The notes below the pieces were generated by a model, which had not been told where the DNA came from, did no database searches, and saw only the letters and a program-made list of their open reading frames with translations. The translations under genes and the position numbers were made by a program. Positions 41,383 through 54,800 of a DNA stretch of 64,000 nt are shown here, one piece after another (the first letter of the stretch is position 1; every line of letters starts with the position of its first letter). The stretch comes from Salpingoeca rosetta (lineage: Eukaryota; Protista; Choanoflagellata): positions 160,724-224,723 of the forward strand of contig JAWQFM010000003.1 in the NCBI GenBank assembly GCA_033442325.1. Reading direction: 5' to 3'.

Positions 41383-43219
41383 TCACTCACTCACTCACTC
41401 ACTCACTCACACTCTCTCTCACTGGCTTGTACAGGTATGAAGGACGTCACTGCCGCCGCATCCGCTTCCAGCCGCACCAAGAGCTGCAGCCACTACTGGA
41501 GAAGGTAGACATCACCCTGCTCCTGTGTGTGTGCATGCATGCATGCATGCATGATTATTCTCTGTCAGCAAGAGAGGCGCGCGCATACATCCATTTTCAT
41601 GCATTCGTTCACCTGTGCGCGTCTTGGCCCGCTTCCAGGTGGACTTTGTCATCAAGACCTTCACCACAACCGAGTAAGCATGTGTGTATGTAGTAATATC
41701 AATGAGGAACATCTCACCAGTTGCGCCCCTTGTCGCAATGCGATCCCCTTCGCTGCTGGTGCTGAACAGCTGCCCAACACACGTTTGCACACACCCCAAC
41801 ACACAACACAACGGGTGCATTCTAACGGGCTCACTCACTCACTCACTGACCCACTCGACTCTGGCGCAACACCGACACATGGTTTTTGCCTTCTTGTGCC
41901 ATCTTGCTCAGGGCATGCGCCAAGTACTTCAGGCATTTCTGGGGCGCACATCTGCGCCATCCCATTCACCACAATCACTACAAGGATGTTTCCTCGTCCG
42001 TACCAACACTCGGTCAGTCAAGCGGCACAAAAGTGCTAGTTTTCTAATGCTTATATTGCCGCCGCCACACGCACAATTCAAACAGACCAATAACGCACAG
42101 CACACAACAACACGCGTTCCCAACTACAAATGACACACACACACACACACACATTCGGTCCATGCGACACGTGGCTCGGGTCTTACGGATGACACGACCC
42201 TCGCACACCTGCACATCGTTCATGCACATCGTTCATGCACACCATTCACGCACATCGTTCATGCACACCATTCATGCATTCATTCGCTTGGTCCACGACA
42301 GGGGATGAGAGCCACGCGCTGCTCTGGGACCCGGCGTTCCCGCCATTGAATGTGCCCCATCCGCCACTTCCGCCACCAGGCAACACAGACTATGCGCGCA
42401 AGCACGTCGCCTTTGTCTTTCGGTCAGTCATTTTGCATTTCACCCTCGTATGTGTTCTTTTCCACAGCCTCCACCACACATGCACACACTCGAGTCCACG
42501 TACACACACACGCACGCGCGCTTGCTGACACCAACCATGGATTATTTCGTTGGGCTCGCTGGCTGCGTGCAGGAGAGGGCGCCTCTTTGTCTTGCTGGTG
42601 GCAGCCGGCCTGCCCCAGGCCCAGAACGCCATGCTCAGCCCAAATGAAATGCATCAGTGAGTACGACCGCGTCACAATGCAATTGCTGATGTGTGTGTGT
42701 GTGTGTGTGTGTGTCTTTGCTTGATTGTTTGCCGGCCACAACTCCAGTCCTTCGCTCACTGCACTTGCGCATACGTGCGTGACGGACACAGGCTTGCATC
42801 TCGGCTTGATGCGCTGCTGGTGGATGCCACGCCGTCGCCATGGGCAAAGTCACTTCGCCGCGCACGTGATGATCTCGTCACATGGTCAGTGTGGGTAAAG
42901 GGGGGTGCCATGGGGGTGCACACAAGCACCGCCACCAGCTCACACGCCACCCATGTGGCTTCTGCGTCGCTGCTGCGTTCACTCACGCGCTCTCTCTTCG
43001 TGTCTGTTTGCGCCCGTGTGCAGGATGCTGGCTGAGACGACGTGGACAATCGACTTGTATTTGTTGGCCACGGTATGGACGTGCCATGCTTATCGTGCTG
43101 CCTTTTGATCACGCGAGTGTTGCCGATTCTCCAATGTGTCCACTGTTACACCGCACCCACGCACAAGCACACACACATACACCTTTCGCACATACATCCA
43201 AACTCTCGAACACGCCCAT

Positions 43220-43295
<76 letters not shown>

Positions 43296-43853
43296 CACGA
43301 TGTACATGCGCAGGGGGGCGTTCTCACCACTTTTCACGCGCTGATCTGCCCTGTTTACATTCGTGTCCATCGTCTCACCATCACCATCACCATCCATCCA
43401 CCACCATCCAATCACATCATCATCACGTCCAATCACCACCGCCACCGCCGCCGCCGCCGCCAGCACGGGTGCGGATGCTGCGTGCCTGCGCCGCCACCTC
43501 ATCCACTGCCTCCTCGTCAACATGAGCGACAGCGAGGACATTGTGCGCGTCATTCGTCAGGCCTGCAAGCGCCGCCCGGCTGTGCTCGACTATGCCTTCC
43601 TGCGGGAGACATTCCTTGGCGCGGCGTTCTCGTACTACTTCGACACGGTCAAGGACAGAGACGCGTTGCTGTCTCGCTTCCTGCCCATCACAGACGTGCC
43701 CATCGCCGCCGCCACAGCAGCAGCGACGGGCGTGACGGAGAGCGGCCTGCTCGTCCACTTTGTCTCCACCCATAACCGCCAGTCACCACCGGCACATCCG
43801 CTCATCGACTCCTTTCCCCTCCAGCAGCGCCCTCCTTCCACAACGCGTCGTCG
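40446..43853 (+). CDS. Multi-exon hypothetical membrane protein (N-terminal basic segment plus TM anchor); probably the 5' part of the gene ending at 47108
   Basis: Exons splice in frame: [20 protein letters not shown]|[35 protein letters not shown]…|[16 protein letters not shown]|[14 protein letters not shown]…|[11 protein letters not shown]|[12 protein letters not shown]…|[11 protein letters not shown]…|[13 protein letters not shown]…|[10 protein letters not shown]…|[17 protein letters not shown], then a further exon at ~43465-43853. No family recognised. Confidence 0.6.
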
Positions 43854-43868
43854 GTGTGTGTACTTGCT

Positions 43869-43947
<79 letters not shown>

Positions 43948-44047
43948 NNNNNNNNNNNNNNNNNNNNNNNNNNNNNNNNNNNNNNNNNNNNNNNNNNNNN
44001 NNNNNNNNNNNNNNNNNNNNNNNNNNNNNNNNNNNNNNNNNNNNNNN
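43948..44047. other. Assembly gap (100 N) between a (TG)n run and a (CA)n run
   Basis: Run of N. Confidence 1.
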
Positions 44048-44135
<88 letters not shown>

Positions 44136-44180
44136 ACACAAATGCCAACACAATTAATTGTGTCTTCTGTTGTACGTCAG

Positions 44181-45162
44181 GTTGTTTTGGTTGTTGCCAT
44201 TGCGGCTGTGGTTGGACTTGTGGTCATGGCTCGACTCGACCACCCGCTGCTGCGCCGTGTCCCCGCTGCCCACCGCATTGCAGCTTGGATTGACAGTCAG
44301 TTGCATCAAGCACTAGCCCGCCTTCCATTCAACATTCAACGGCAACACCCATTACAACAGCAGCAATCGCGGCAGGAGGCTGTGCAGTCGCGTCGGCGGT
44401 CTTCCGGCCGCAAGCGATCCTCTGTGCGCAACAAGACAGTTGCCGCGCAGGCCACCCAACCACATCAGCAAAACCAACAGCAGAGGCAGCAGCAGAGGCC
44501 GTCGCTAGCACCTGCTACTGCTGCAACCCCTGCCAACGCGTCCTCTGCGCAACAAACAACAACAGTACAGACGACAGCAGTGGAAGCAGAATTGAAAGTG
44601 CCCACAGCCAAGGCGCCGAGCGCTCGGAAGGCGGCGGCCTCTGTTGGCAACAAGAAGGACGAGTCCACACCACCAAAGGAGGTGCAACAGACCAAGAAGA
44701 CGCCAGACCAAGCAAGCGGCGAGGCGAAGCAGCACAAGAAGCGGAAGAAGAACAGGAAAGGCAAGCAGAAGGCATCCATGCCCAAGGCGGATGACGCCCC
44801 ACCCCGCGAGCCGCAGCAGCAGCAGCAGCAGCAGCAGCCAACCAACACTAATGCGAGGGCTTCTGCTCCGAACAAGAGCAAAGCTTCCTGCCTGCCGGGG
44901 AAGCGAGAGGAGTCAACAGCACCAACTACGGCCAATGCGACTGCAAAGGGTGTGTTGGCGCCGCGGCATATGAATGCCGCTGATGATGGCGGTGACCATG
45001 GCCAGCAAGGCGTGTCGAAGCAAGCGCCTCAGCAGCCGCAACAACCAAAGCAGCTGCAAGCATCGCAAAAGCCAAAGCTGCCAAAGCTGCCACAACAACC
45101 AAAGAAGCCAAAGCAGTCTCAACAAGTAGAGGAGCCCAAACAACCAATTGAGCCGCAGCAGC

Positions 45163-45256
<94 letters not shown>

Positions 45257-47108
45257 CGTGGGACAGAAGAGAGGGGGGAGGAAACGCAGGAACACCAAGT
45301 CAAAGCAGCAGCAGGAGGAGGAGGAACCACAACGGCCGAAAGAAGAGCCACAAATCGTACCGCCAGCTCGACCACAGACGGAGGATGGTACGACGAAGGG
45401 CAGCGAGGGACGGCGTTCGTACGCGAAACCAGTCGCTGTCAACACACCACCATCCCCGCCACCCACAGCCACAGCAACAGCGACGCCCACAGCGCCTACA
45501 CCGGCCACTACACCCACAGCAGTGACACCCACAACACCCACCAGAACAGCAGCGGCGCGCGGGAGCGGGAGTGGACGACGGAACAGGCGCAAGTCGAAGC
45601 AGCGTCAGCGCGCAGACAGCGAACAACACCGCAAAGAGTCCCACTCAGCGTCACCACCGCCCAGCACCGCCGAGACAGCGGCAGCGGCGCATGCCAGCAA
45701 CAATCACGGCAGTGATAGGACCGGTTCCGAGAGGCGTGGCGAAGACAGCGGGCAGCAGGACCCGGCAGGCCCAAGTCCAACGCGCCTCAACCCGAATGCC
45801 CCGGCTTTTCGGCCATCCCACCCGCTGACCACCGCTGACACGCCGCCAAGCGGCTCTCCAACGGCCTCTGCGTCGCCTTCTGCGCGCGCGTCTTCTGATG
45901 CTACGGCGGCGGACGCAACTCACCGGCGGCGACACCGGCCCCGACCGCCGGCACTGGCCATGGCGCCACCGCAGCCCGTGACTGCAGCGTATCCACAGCA
46001 ACAACAATCACAACCACAACAACAGTATCAGTACTACTACCAGCAGCAGCATGTGGTGTACCCCACGCCGTATGGCGTGCCTATGTCGCCTTACTCCCCA
46101 CATACCATGTGGCAGCAAGCGCTCCAGTCTGCCTATCCGCATGGCCCAGCAATGGCACCTGCGCTGACGCCACCGGCCACAACAGTTCCACTGTCCCCTT
46201 ACGCTTACTCGCTGCCGCAGACGCCCACCCACCCACAACAACTGTCGTTTATGCCGGTGCCCGGCACTGCTTCGCTGCTCCCGAACCCCGTGCCACCAGG
46301 ATATGGCGCGCTGCCTTCGCCTGGCGTTGGTGCTGTTGATGCCTATGGATACTACCAGTACCCGGTCTCGCTGGCGGCTTCGCCGTCACGGCGCCACAGC
46401 TCTGGTACGGACAGCCGCCCGCGGTCTTCGGCCTCTGCACGCCATCGCCACCACAAGCGCGGCTCGAGCAAGACCAGCAGCGACAGCGGCGAGCAGGACC
46501 GTGCAAACACCACCAGCACCACTGCAGCCTCCCCTGCGGCGACATCGACGGCCACGACCACGGCCACGACCACGGCGAACACGAGCAGCGTGGTGAGCAG
46601 TGCAGCAGACAGCACGCGGGGCAGCCCTGTGCGTGTGTCGACGCGGTCCCGGACACAGAGCGAGGGCTCGGCGCTGAGCAACACGGGCAAAGTGGTGGCT
46701 GCCAGGAGGAACGGCCGTACCGCGGACGCCAAGAGCAAGGCACCCAAGCAGCCCATGAAGAGTAAAGGGGGTGATGGTGATAATAGCAGTGGCAGTGCGT
46801 GTGGTGATGGCACTGGCCGCCGCGGTCAGGCAGGCGCCACTCAGGTACCGGCGACGCTGAAGGAGGAGAAGAGCGTGCGCGTGGTGGCATCGACGATGAA
46901 TGGGGATGGGCCCGACCCGAAACATGACTCTGCTGTCGACCCTCGGAAGAAAGGCGATGCCGTTGTTGCTGACGGTGGTCGTGGTGGTGTTGATGGCGGG
47001 ATGGATTGTGACGACGCTGAGCGTGATGACGAGCCCGCATGCAGCAACAACAACAACAACAACAACAACAACAACGCACCCGCTGTTGCGGTCATCAAAC
47101 AACAGTAG
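44181..47108 (+). CDS. Large terminal exon: TM helix followed by ~950 aa of disordered Gln/Pro/Ser-rich tail with polyQ and a PAM2-like motif
   Basis: CAG acceptor at 44180, then VVLVVAIAAVVGLVVMA (TM), polyQ and RLNPNAPAFRP. Open to the stop at 47108. Confidence 0.7.
45156..45254 (+). repeat. Coding (CAA)n trinucleotide repeat encoding polyglutamine (~33 Q)
   Basis: Almost pure CAA run in frame with the ORF. Confidence 0.95.
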
Positions 47109-47679
47109 CAGTAGTTGCAGCACTTTAACCGATGTGTGTGTGTGTGTGTGTGTGTGTGTTTCGTTGGGGGCGCCAAACGTTCAAACAACTTAGTCTTGCT
47201 TGTTGTTGCTTCTTGCGATTTCGTGATGCAATCTGTTGATTTTCGTGTGAAGATATTAGTAAACTCTCTGCACAACGCCAGCGGAAACGTGACCTTTTTG
47301 TTTGTTTGGATTGCTGCAGCAGTGTTTGCATTGATTGCTACAGCAGCCGCAGTGCCACGCCAAGCCAAGCTCTGTTCTTGCTTCGCCTCCCTGTTTCAGC
47401 ATCAATCAACTCTTTGTGATCTGCCCAGCATCAAGAAAGCAAGCAGTGCAGAAATCCAGCCCACAACTGACTGTCGCCCATTTCTCACCGCACCACACAG
47501 CATCCCGAGCACAGTCACAGACAGACAGATCGCAAGCAAGGCTTTCCGTCCTCATTGATCCATTGATCACACAAACAGAGACAAATACAGACACACAGAT
47601 ACACACAAGTACAGACACACAGGTACACACACACGCTCTCTCTCTCTCTCTCTCTCTTCGAGACTGACGTTCAAGCAAG

Positions 47680-49226
47680 ATGGTGTTCACACGCAAAGGC
47701 ACGGATACGGCGACCGGGCAGACCGCCAAGCGAGAGCACGCTGACGGAGATAAGGCCGCCAAGCGCAGCAAGGCCAAAGGTGGCATGGCCATGGCAAAGA
47801 AGGAGACCGCCAGCGCCACCACAACGAAGAAGGAGAAGCCGCACATGCCCTCGCAGCGCCAGATGAGCAAGAAAGGCTACGGCCCGGGCGAAACCATGTT
47901 TGGCATCCGCTTCACCCACCCAGACAAGGTCATGTTCCCCAAGGCCAAGCTGACCAAGGCCAACCTGGCCCAGTACTACCTGGACATTGGCAACTTCATC
48001 ATGCCGTACCTCAACGACCGCCCACTGACGATTGTGCGCGGCATCCGCGGCGCCACGGACGAGCGCCAGTTTGTGCAGCGCCACCCGCCTGCAGGCCTGC
48101 ACCCGACCATGAAGCACGGCAAGATCAAGCAGAAGGATGGCCGCACCCTGGAGTACATGTACGCGGAGGAGGCCATGGCGCTCGTCGCCGCCGTGCAGAT
48201 GGACACGGTCGAGTTTCACGCCTGGCAAGCCAAGTTCCAGTCCCCCAACCACCCAGGTATCGTGTTTCTGCTTGTGTGTGTGTGTGTGTGCGTTTATGTG
48301 TGTTTATGTGTGTCTATCTGTCTGTCTGTGTGTGTGTCTGTCTGTCTGTCTGTGTGTGTGTGTGTGTCTGTCTGTCTGTCTTGTGTGCGTGTCTGTCTGT
48401 ACGCATCCGAATTTACACGTCCACACATCCATTCATCCATTTCACATACCCATCCATCCACCCATACACGCATCCATTCACGCAAACACGCATGCACACA
48501 CACACACACACGCACTGCTTTCTCCACTCCTGCAGACCAACTTGTGTTTGATCTGGACCCTGGTGAGGGTGTGACGTTCTCCACACTGGTGGAGGTTGCC
48601 CGCGCCATGAGAAAGGTGTTGGAGGACGAATTCCACCTCAAGTCCTTCATCATGCTCACGGGCAGCGTTGGCCTCCACATTGTCTGCCCACTCCACCCAC
48701 CGGAGAAAACCTTTGACGTCACGCACGACTTTGCAAAGGGTGTCGCGTACTTCCTCGAGGTGGCAAAGCCGTCCATCGTCACAGCCAAGCCAGGCAAACC
48801 AAGCCGCATCGGTATGTCGCGTGTGTGTGCGCGTGCCTGCTTGTGGTGTGTGTGTGTGTGTCTGTGAGTGTGTGTGTGTGTCGGTGTCGGTGTCGGTGTC
48901 GGTGTGTCTGCGTGAGAGTGCGGCTAGCTGTGCAAGCGTATGAGACTCTTTGAGCTCACTCTCGCACTTCATCCGTCACTTGGTCCACCACCCACCACCT
49001 CACACAAACTTGCACGCATGCTCGCTTGTGTTCACGTGTTTGGCGCAAAGGCAAAGTGTTTATCGACTACATCCGGAACTCGTACAACCAGACGTCAATT
49101 GTGCCGTACTCAACACGTGCGCGTCCGGAGGCCCCTGTCGCCACACCGGTTGACTGGTCCGAGCTCGACTCAATCAAGGCGCCAAACCAGTTCACCACAA
49201 AGACGTAAGGGCCAAAGCGCGCGCGC

Positions 49227-49283
<57 letters not shown>

Positions 49284-49329
49284 CGTGTGTGTGTGTGTGT
49301 GTATCTGTGTGTGTGCGTGTGTGTGTGTG

Positions 49330-49378
<49 letters not shown>

Positions 49379-49710
49379 CTGTCTGTCTGTCTGTCTGGAC
49401 TTGGATTGATGTATGACCTTTTTTTTTATTATGATGAACGTTCCATGTTGGCCAGTGGCCCGTCATTGTATGTGCTTACATACATCCCCTTTGACTGCAA
49501 TTAACACCTGAACCACCGCGTCTCTGCCGTTGCTCTCATGTCCACCCTGCAACCACGGACAGTGTTCTGGAACGCGTGCGTTCCGCAAGCTTCAAGGACC
49601 CCTGGAAGGGCTTTGGTGCCGTGCACCAGCACATCCCACAAGACTGGCGGGACACCATGTCCAAGCTCTTGTCCAGTGCCCCCGGCTCGTCATCTTCTTC
49701 TGCTCACTGA
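47680..49710 (+). CDS. Stand-alone LigD-type primase-polymerase (bacterial NHEJ PolDom, AEP superfamily), 4 exons: 47680-48256, 48536-48811, 49051-49204, 49563-49710; 384 aa
   Basis: THPDKVMFP…TKANLAQYY…[13 protein letters not shown]…FVQRH…[11 protein letters not shown]…P|[10 protein letters not shown]…[12 protein letters not shown]…|[39 protein letters not shown]…|…DPWKGF. Exon lengths sum to 1155 nt, in frame, with no internal stops. Confidence 0.92.
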
Positions 49711-50165
49711 ACGCCCTTCATCAATCAATTCACCAACGCCATCTGCGCCAACATCACAGCCATAGACGACCATTGCTTCTTGTTTGCATGCATGTATTCA
49801 TTCCACTGCCGCACCCCCGTGTTATGCACGCCGCGCCCCACCGCTGTTGAACTGCCATGCTTCCTCGTTGTCGCTTGTGTTTGCCTTCCTTCGCCTGAGC
49901 CTGAACACATAAGTTGTGCATGCACACCACCCTCACACACACCCTTGCCTCGTCTGCACCTTCCTTGTCAATAGCAACCATCCTTCTCCATTTGTAGTCG
50001 CGCATACTTCAACCATAACAAACCAAAATACAACTGGAAAAACACATGTACTGGCAAGGAAGGCGTGGTCAAGAACGAAATCACATGATCAACGCAGAGA
50101 TCAGGAGCATCATGTGGCTCCTTAAACATACACGCGCGCACACACACACACACACAGAGAGTGTG

Positions 50166-50359
50166 TCAGGACACTGACGGGTATGTTGTGTGCTTGCGTC
50201 CAATGGCTTGCACGCGCTGTGACAGCTGGTCCAGCCGGTTCAATCGCACATCCATGGAACCCAACAGTTCATGCATGTCTGTAAACGGAGAGTATGCTGC
50301 AGCTGTCTTGCCTCCCTCTTGCTGCTGCTGCTGCTGTTGTTGTTGTGGTTGTTGTCCTC

Positions 50360-50392
<33 letters not shown>

Positions 50393-50659
50393 GTTGTTGG
50401 CGTTGCGGTTCTTGCTGCTGCTGTTGTTGTCGTTGTCGTTGTTGTTCTTGTTGGCGTTGTTGTTCTTGTTGGCGTTGCGGTTCTTGCTGTTGTTGTGATA
50501 GTTGTGGTCGTTGCTCTTCTCGCTGTTCCTGCTGCTGCTGCTGCTGCTGCTGTTGTTGTTGTTGTTGTGCGTCATCGTGGTGGGTGCGGAGGAGATGAGC
50601 ATACTGTGCTGTTGCAGGTGCTCTTGTCGACCTTTGTCCCCGCCGCTGCCACCGCCCTC

Positions 50660-50692
<33 letters not shown>

Positions 50693-51782
50693 CGCGGTGC
50701 CGTGCACTGTAAATCTCAGCGTCACGCAGAAGCTCTTCATTTGTTGGCGCGGCAACCGGCTGCACGCTCACAAACCCGCGCCCTCCGCCCGAATCCTGCG
50801 GCGGCACGGGAAACCCGTCACCGTGCGCTGCAAACGGGGGGAGCTGCACGACCACAGCGCTCTCAAGATCAATCTGAGCAGGCGGGTGCACCATCGCGTC
50901 CTCTCTGGGCCAGGTCTGAGTTTCAATCGTGCGCTGTGATTCTCCATCATGCAGCTGCAACAGCTGGGGTGTACCCGCACTCGCCTCAGCATCGCGGGCA
51001 GCCGCAACCTGCTGGGCCATGTTCAACGCCTGCGTTCGCGTGCTCGCCAATTCCTGCTCAACAGCGCGCATGCGCTCCACAAGCTCACCTGTGCGGTCTC
51101 TCCCAACTACAGGGACAGCACCATCAGCATCATCACCTCCTGTTTGTGTGCCAACAGCAAACCCGTCAATCCCGAGTGCATGCGCAATGTCCTGTCCAGT
51201 TTGCACCACCTGCTCCTGGCGCTGCGGTTCGCGTGTTTGTGTCTCAGCCTCAGCAGTTGATCTGCCCTCATGTGTCCCCAGGCCATCACTGACTGCTGCC
51301 GTACCAGGGTGGCGGTGGTGCTTGTGCCGTCTCTGCGCACGATGCGCACGCCAATCCTGATCGTTTCCTTCGCTCCCAGTGTCGCTGCTGTCCGTGCTGT
51401 TGTTGACATGGGCACGGTGTCCATGGCGCCCATGTGCACGAGCGCGGTAGATCCTGATGTCGTCGTCGTCGTCTTCGTCGCTATCACTAACGTGATCGTT
51501 GCACCTTCGACCGTGTCTGAGGTGTCGCTGAACAGCGGCTTGCACGGCATCACAACACGCTTGAACTGCATGCTGCGTGAGGTTTCCAACGCGCTCATAC
51601 AGCACAGATTGCATAGCTGCGTCACGCCGATCGCTAGCGGGGCTCCAATTCCGAATACCGTTCGCATCACGCGTGTGTGCGTCCGGCAGCTGCTGTTGCG
51701 ATTGGGGCCGCCGTCGTCGTCGCTGCTGCTCCCGTCTCATGGTTCGATTTGGATGCGTGACACCGAAAGGCGACGCTTGCGG

Positions 51783-51834
<52 letters not shown>

Positions 51835-54800
51835 GATTGTAGAGGGTCAGAACCAGCAGTGCTGCTTGTTGTGTCACCCAACGTACTCACGTCCAAAGCA
51901 AGTGTTGGGATGCCAACACCGGCAGTTTGTGGGCGACGACGAGGCGTCGGTGTCGGTGTTGCTGGAGAGGGCTGTTGCGAGGGCGCCTGTTGGTTTGAGA
52001 GTGCTGCAGGCAAGCGAAGTAACAGGGGGCCTGACTGCCCATGGTTGCACTTGATAGTCGTTCTTCCACCTTGCACTTGTGTGTCTGGTGGTGTCGACTG
52101 CTTCAACAGGCGTAGCAAAGGGGCAGCAGCTCCATCGCCCCCGAGTGTCTGCTCTTTCCGTGCTGCGTCGTTCTTTGCTGCTCGAAGCTTGGCTGGATCA
52201 CGCAACAGCGGCTGGCGCTGCTGCTGCTGCTGCTGCTGCCGTGCGTGTTGGTTTTGGTTCTCTTTGCCAGCCTCATCTGTGGTGGTCAGCCGCAGCAGAG
52301 GTGGTGGCATCGTGGCCACGTGTTTCTTCCTTGTTGCACTCGCGCTTGAAGTGTGCTGTTTCGTGTGACGGTCGTGCTGCTGCCTTCTTGGTGCAGTTCG
52401 CGTTGCGTCATGATCGTTTTGTTGTCGTCGTTGCCCTTTCTGCTGTTGACCTGGCCTTTTCTCACGGGTTGAGCCCGTTGGTGCTGCTTGTCTTTCTGCG
52501 TGCTGTGACTGTGCCGCTGCTTGTCTTTCTGCGTGCTGTGACTGTGCCTGTTCTTTCCCCAGCCTCGACCTCTTTCCTTTCTCGTGCTGAGAAGAATGAG
52601 TTGATGTCGTGTGTCGATGCTGGCCAACACACACGTGCTCATCCCCCTGGGTATCTCTGGCTTGTTGACGATGCAACACACCGTGGTCGGTGCGATCACG
52701 GTCCGTACCGTTTGCGCCGTCACCCCTTCCTCTTGTCACGTGTGTTGGAACACGAGAAATGCCCTTTTGATGCTTTCTCGGCGGTGTTCTCACCCACTCG
52801 TTCAACACCTTCACAGGCATCATCTCTCCGCTACTCACGTCCTCTGCTGCTTCGGTGCCCATCGCTTGCTCTCCAACATCGCCCACATCGCCCCTGTGCA
52901 TCGCGTCTGAAACATCGTCCTCCGCGTCGCATTCTAATGCATCGTTCGATTTCAACTTGCCGTCGCTTGAGCCGCCTCGCCCTTCCCCGCCTGTATTGTT
53001 CGCTGTGTCATGTTCCACCTTGCTCTCGTGTCCACGACCAAAGTCCTCAAGTTCGCTCGCACTCTCTTCGGCAGCATCCTCGCTCGTATTGCAACCGCGC
53101 TGATGCGGAGAGAGCCACTGCGTTTGTTGGAGGCGCTGTGAAGGCGACACAAGATGGCCACTGCCTTCTCGCTTCAGCGTCCCCCGCAACACGGGCAGTC
53201 GGATGGTGGCAAGTGCGTCGTCTGAAGCTGCACTGCGGTTCAGCGGCGCTGTTGCTGTTTGTAAAGATGATGGCATGTTGCCATGCTCACCACTCCAAGC
53301 GTGTTTCGCCACACCCAGAACACCCCCACCATCTGCCCTTGCCCCTGCAACCGCCTCCGCCGTGACTTCCTCCTCCTCCTCCTCCTCCTTGTCTTCACCA
53401 TCATCATCATCGTCATCATCGTCGCTGCTGTCCATCCTTGGCACCGGGACGTGATGGTGGTGATGGCGGTGATGATGCTGAGAGTGAGCGTGCGAGAAAC
53501 CATGTCCATCGTCTTCATCATAAGCGTAATCATCGTCGTCATTCACATCATTGACATGCGGCACACGCGGATGCGTTGCATCATCGCGTGCTTGCGCTTG
53601 ATGCGCCATGAGGTCGGAGCTGCTCCTATTGCCGTCGTTGGACTGATCGAAGGTCACGTCGCCGCTGTCTGCATCTGATGGTGGCACGATGACCAGGCCG
53701 GGAAAACTCTGCAGAAGTTGCTGCCCTTGCTGCTGCTGTGCGTGCTGCCCTTGCAATTGCTGCTGCCGCTGCTGCTGCTGTTGTATGTTGTCGTGCAAAG
53801 ATGTGAGCCCGCCGCCACGCAGTCTGTACGGGATTGGCTGTTCCACGGCAGCAGGGTAGTGATGCTGGCGCTGCTTGTGCATGTGCTGGCGCGGCGTTGA
53901 AGCCACGCCCAGCATGATTGGTGAGGACTCCGTTGACGCAGCATCCTGCAGTACACCCAAGCCTGGTGTGCGCGGCCCTCTTGCCCCGGAGAAGGCTGTT
54001 GGGGTGCACAGCCCCTCGCCGTCCCTGCTGGTTACATCGCGTGTTTGCAGCCCTCCAAATTTGCCGGACTCGCGTGTCGCCATGCTCGTTGCCTGTCCCC
54101 CGGACACTGACCAAGACAGGCGCCGCTGAGGGCTGGTGGCGAGCGGTGATGGAGCACAGCCACGGGTTCGCCTTCGGCCATCAGGTGCCAGCAGCACATC
54201 TGGTGCCTCGAAGGAAAGCGCACATGCGCCTTCTTCGCTGTACTGCGTGGCAGACGCTCGGGACGTACACCCCATCGTTGCTGTCACATCTGCCGCTGCC
54301 GTCATTTCAAGGAGCCACGGGTTGCTGACCATGCCCGCGTTTGAGGGCGACAGCGACAGCAGCAGGGGTGCAGAGCCTGTCATCCTGCCGCTCGCACCAC
54401 CAGGCACACGCACATCTGCGATGCTCAGGACATTGTCAGCTGCTCGCGGTGATCGACAGAGTGCGGGGCGCGGCTGCAGTGGCAGCTGGCGTGACGGCGT
54501 GGAGGAGATGGTGGAGTCTGACGTGCGTGACACAACTGATTCGGAGGAAGACAATAGTGAAGTTGCTGCTACATGCTGCTGTTGCTGTGGCTGCTGTTGC
54601 TGTGGCTGTTGTTGGTGTTGCTGCTGTGGCTGCTGTTGTTGTTGCTGTGGCTGTTGTGGCTGCTGTTGTTGTTGAGTAGTTTGTATGCTGGTGGCCGGGC
54701 TGTGTTGATGCTTGTTCCTGCTGTTGCTGCGGTGCCGGTGACGCCTCACATGTCGATTGCACTGGCGATACCATTCCCTGTCGAGCTGTTGCGAAAAACT

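Noticed and set aside
43854-44180. Large (TG)n/(CA)n inverted repeat as a transposon end or palindrome
   Set aside because: Simple-sequence runs flanking an assembly gap of unknown true length, with no element-specific sequence.
47680-49710. Bacterial contamination or a mobile element explaining the LigD-type gene
   Set aside because: It has three spliceosomal introns with host-style microsatellites and is contiguous with eukaryotic genes. No transposase, terminal repeats or operon partners are visible.
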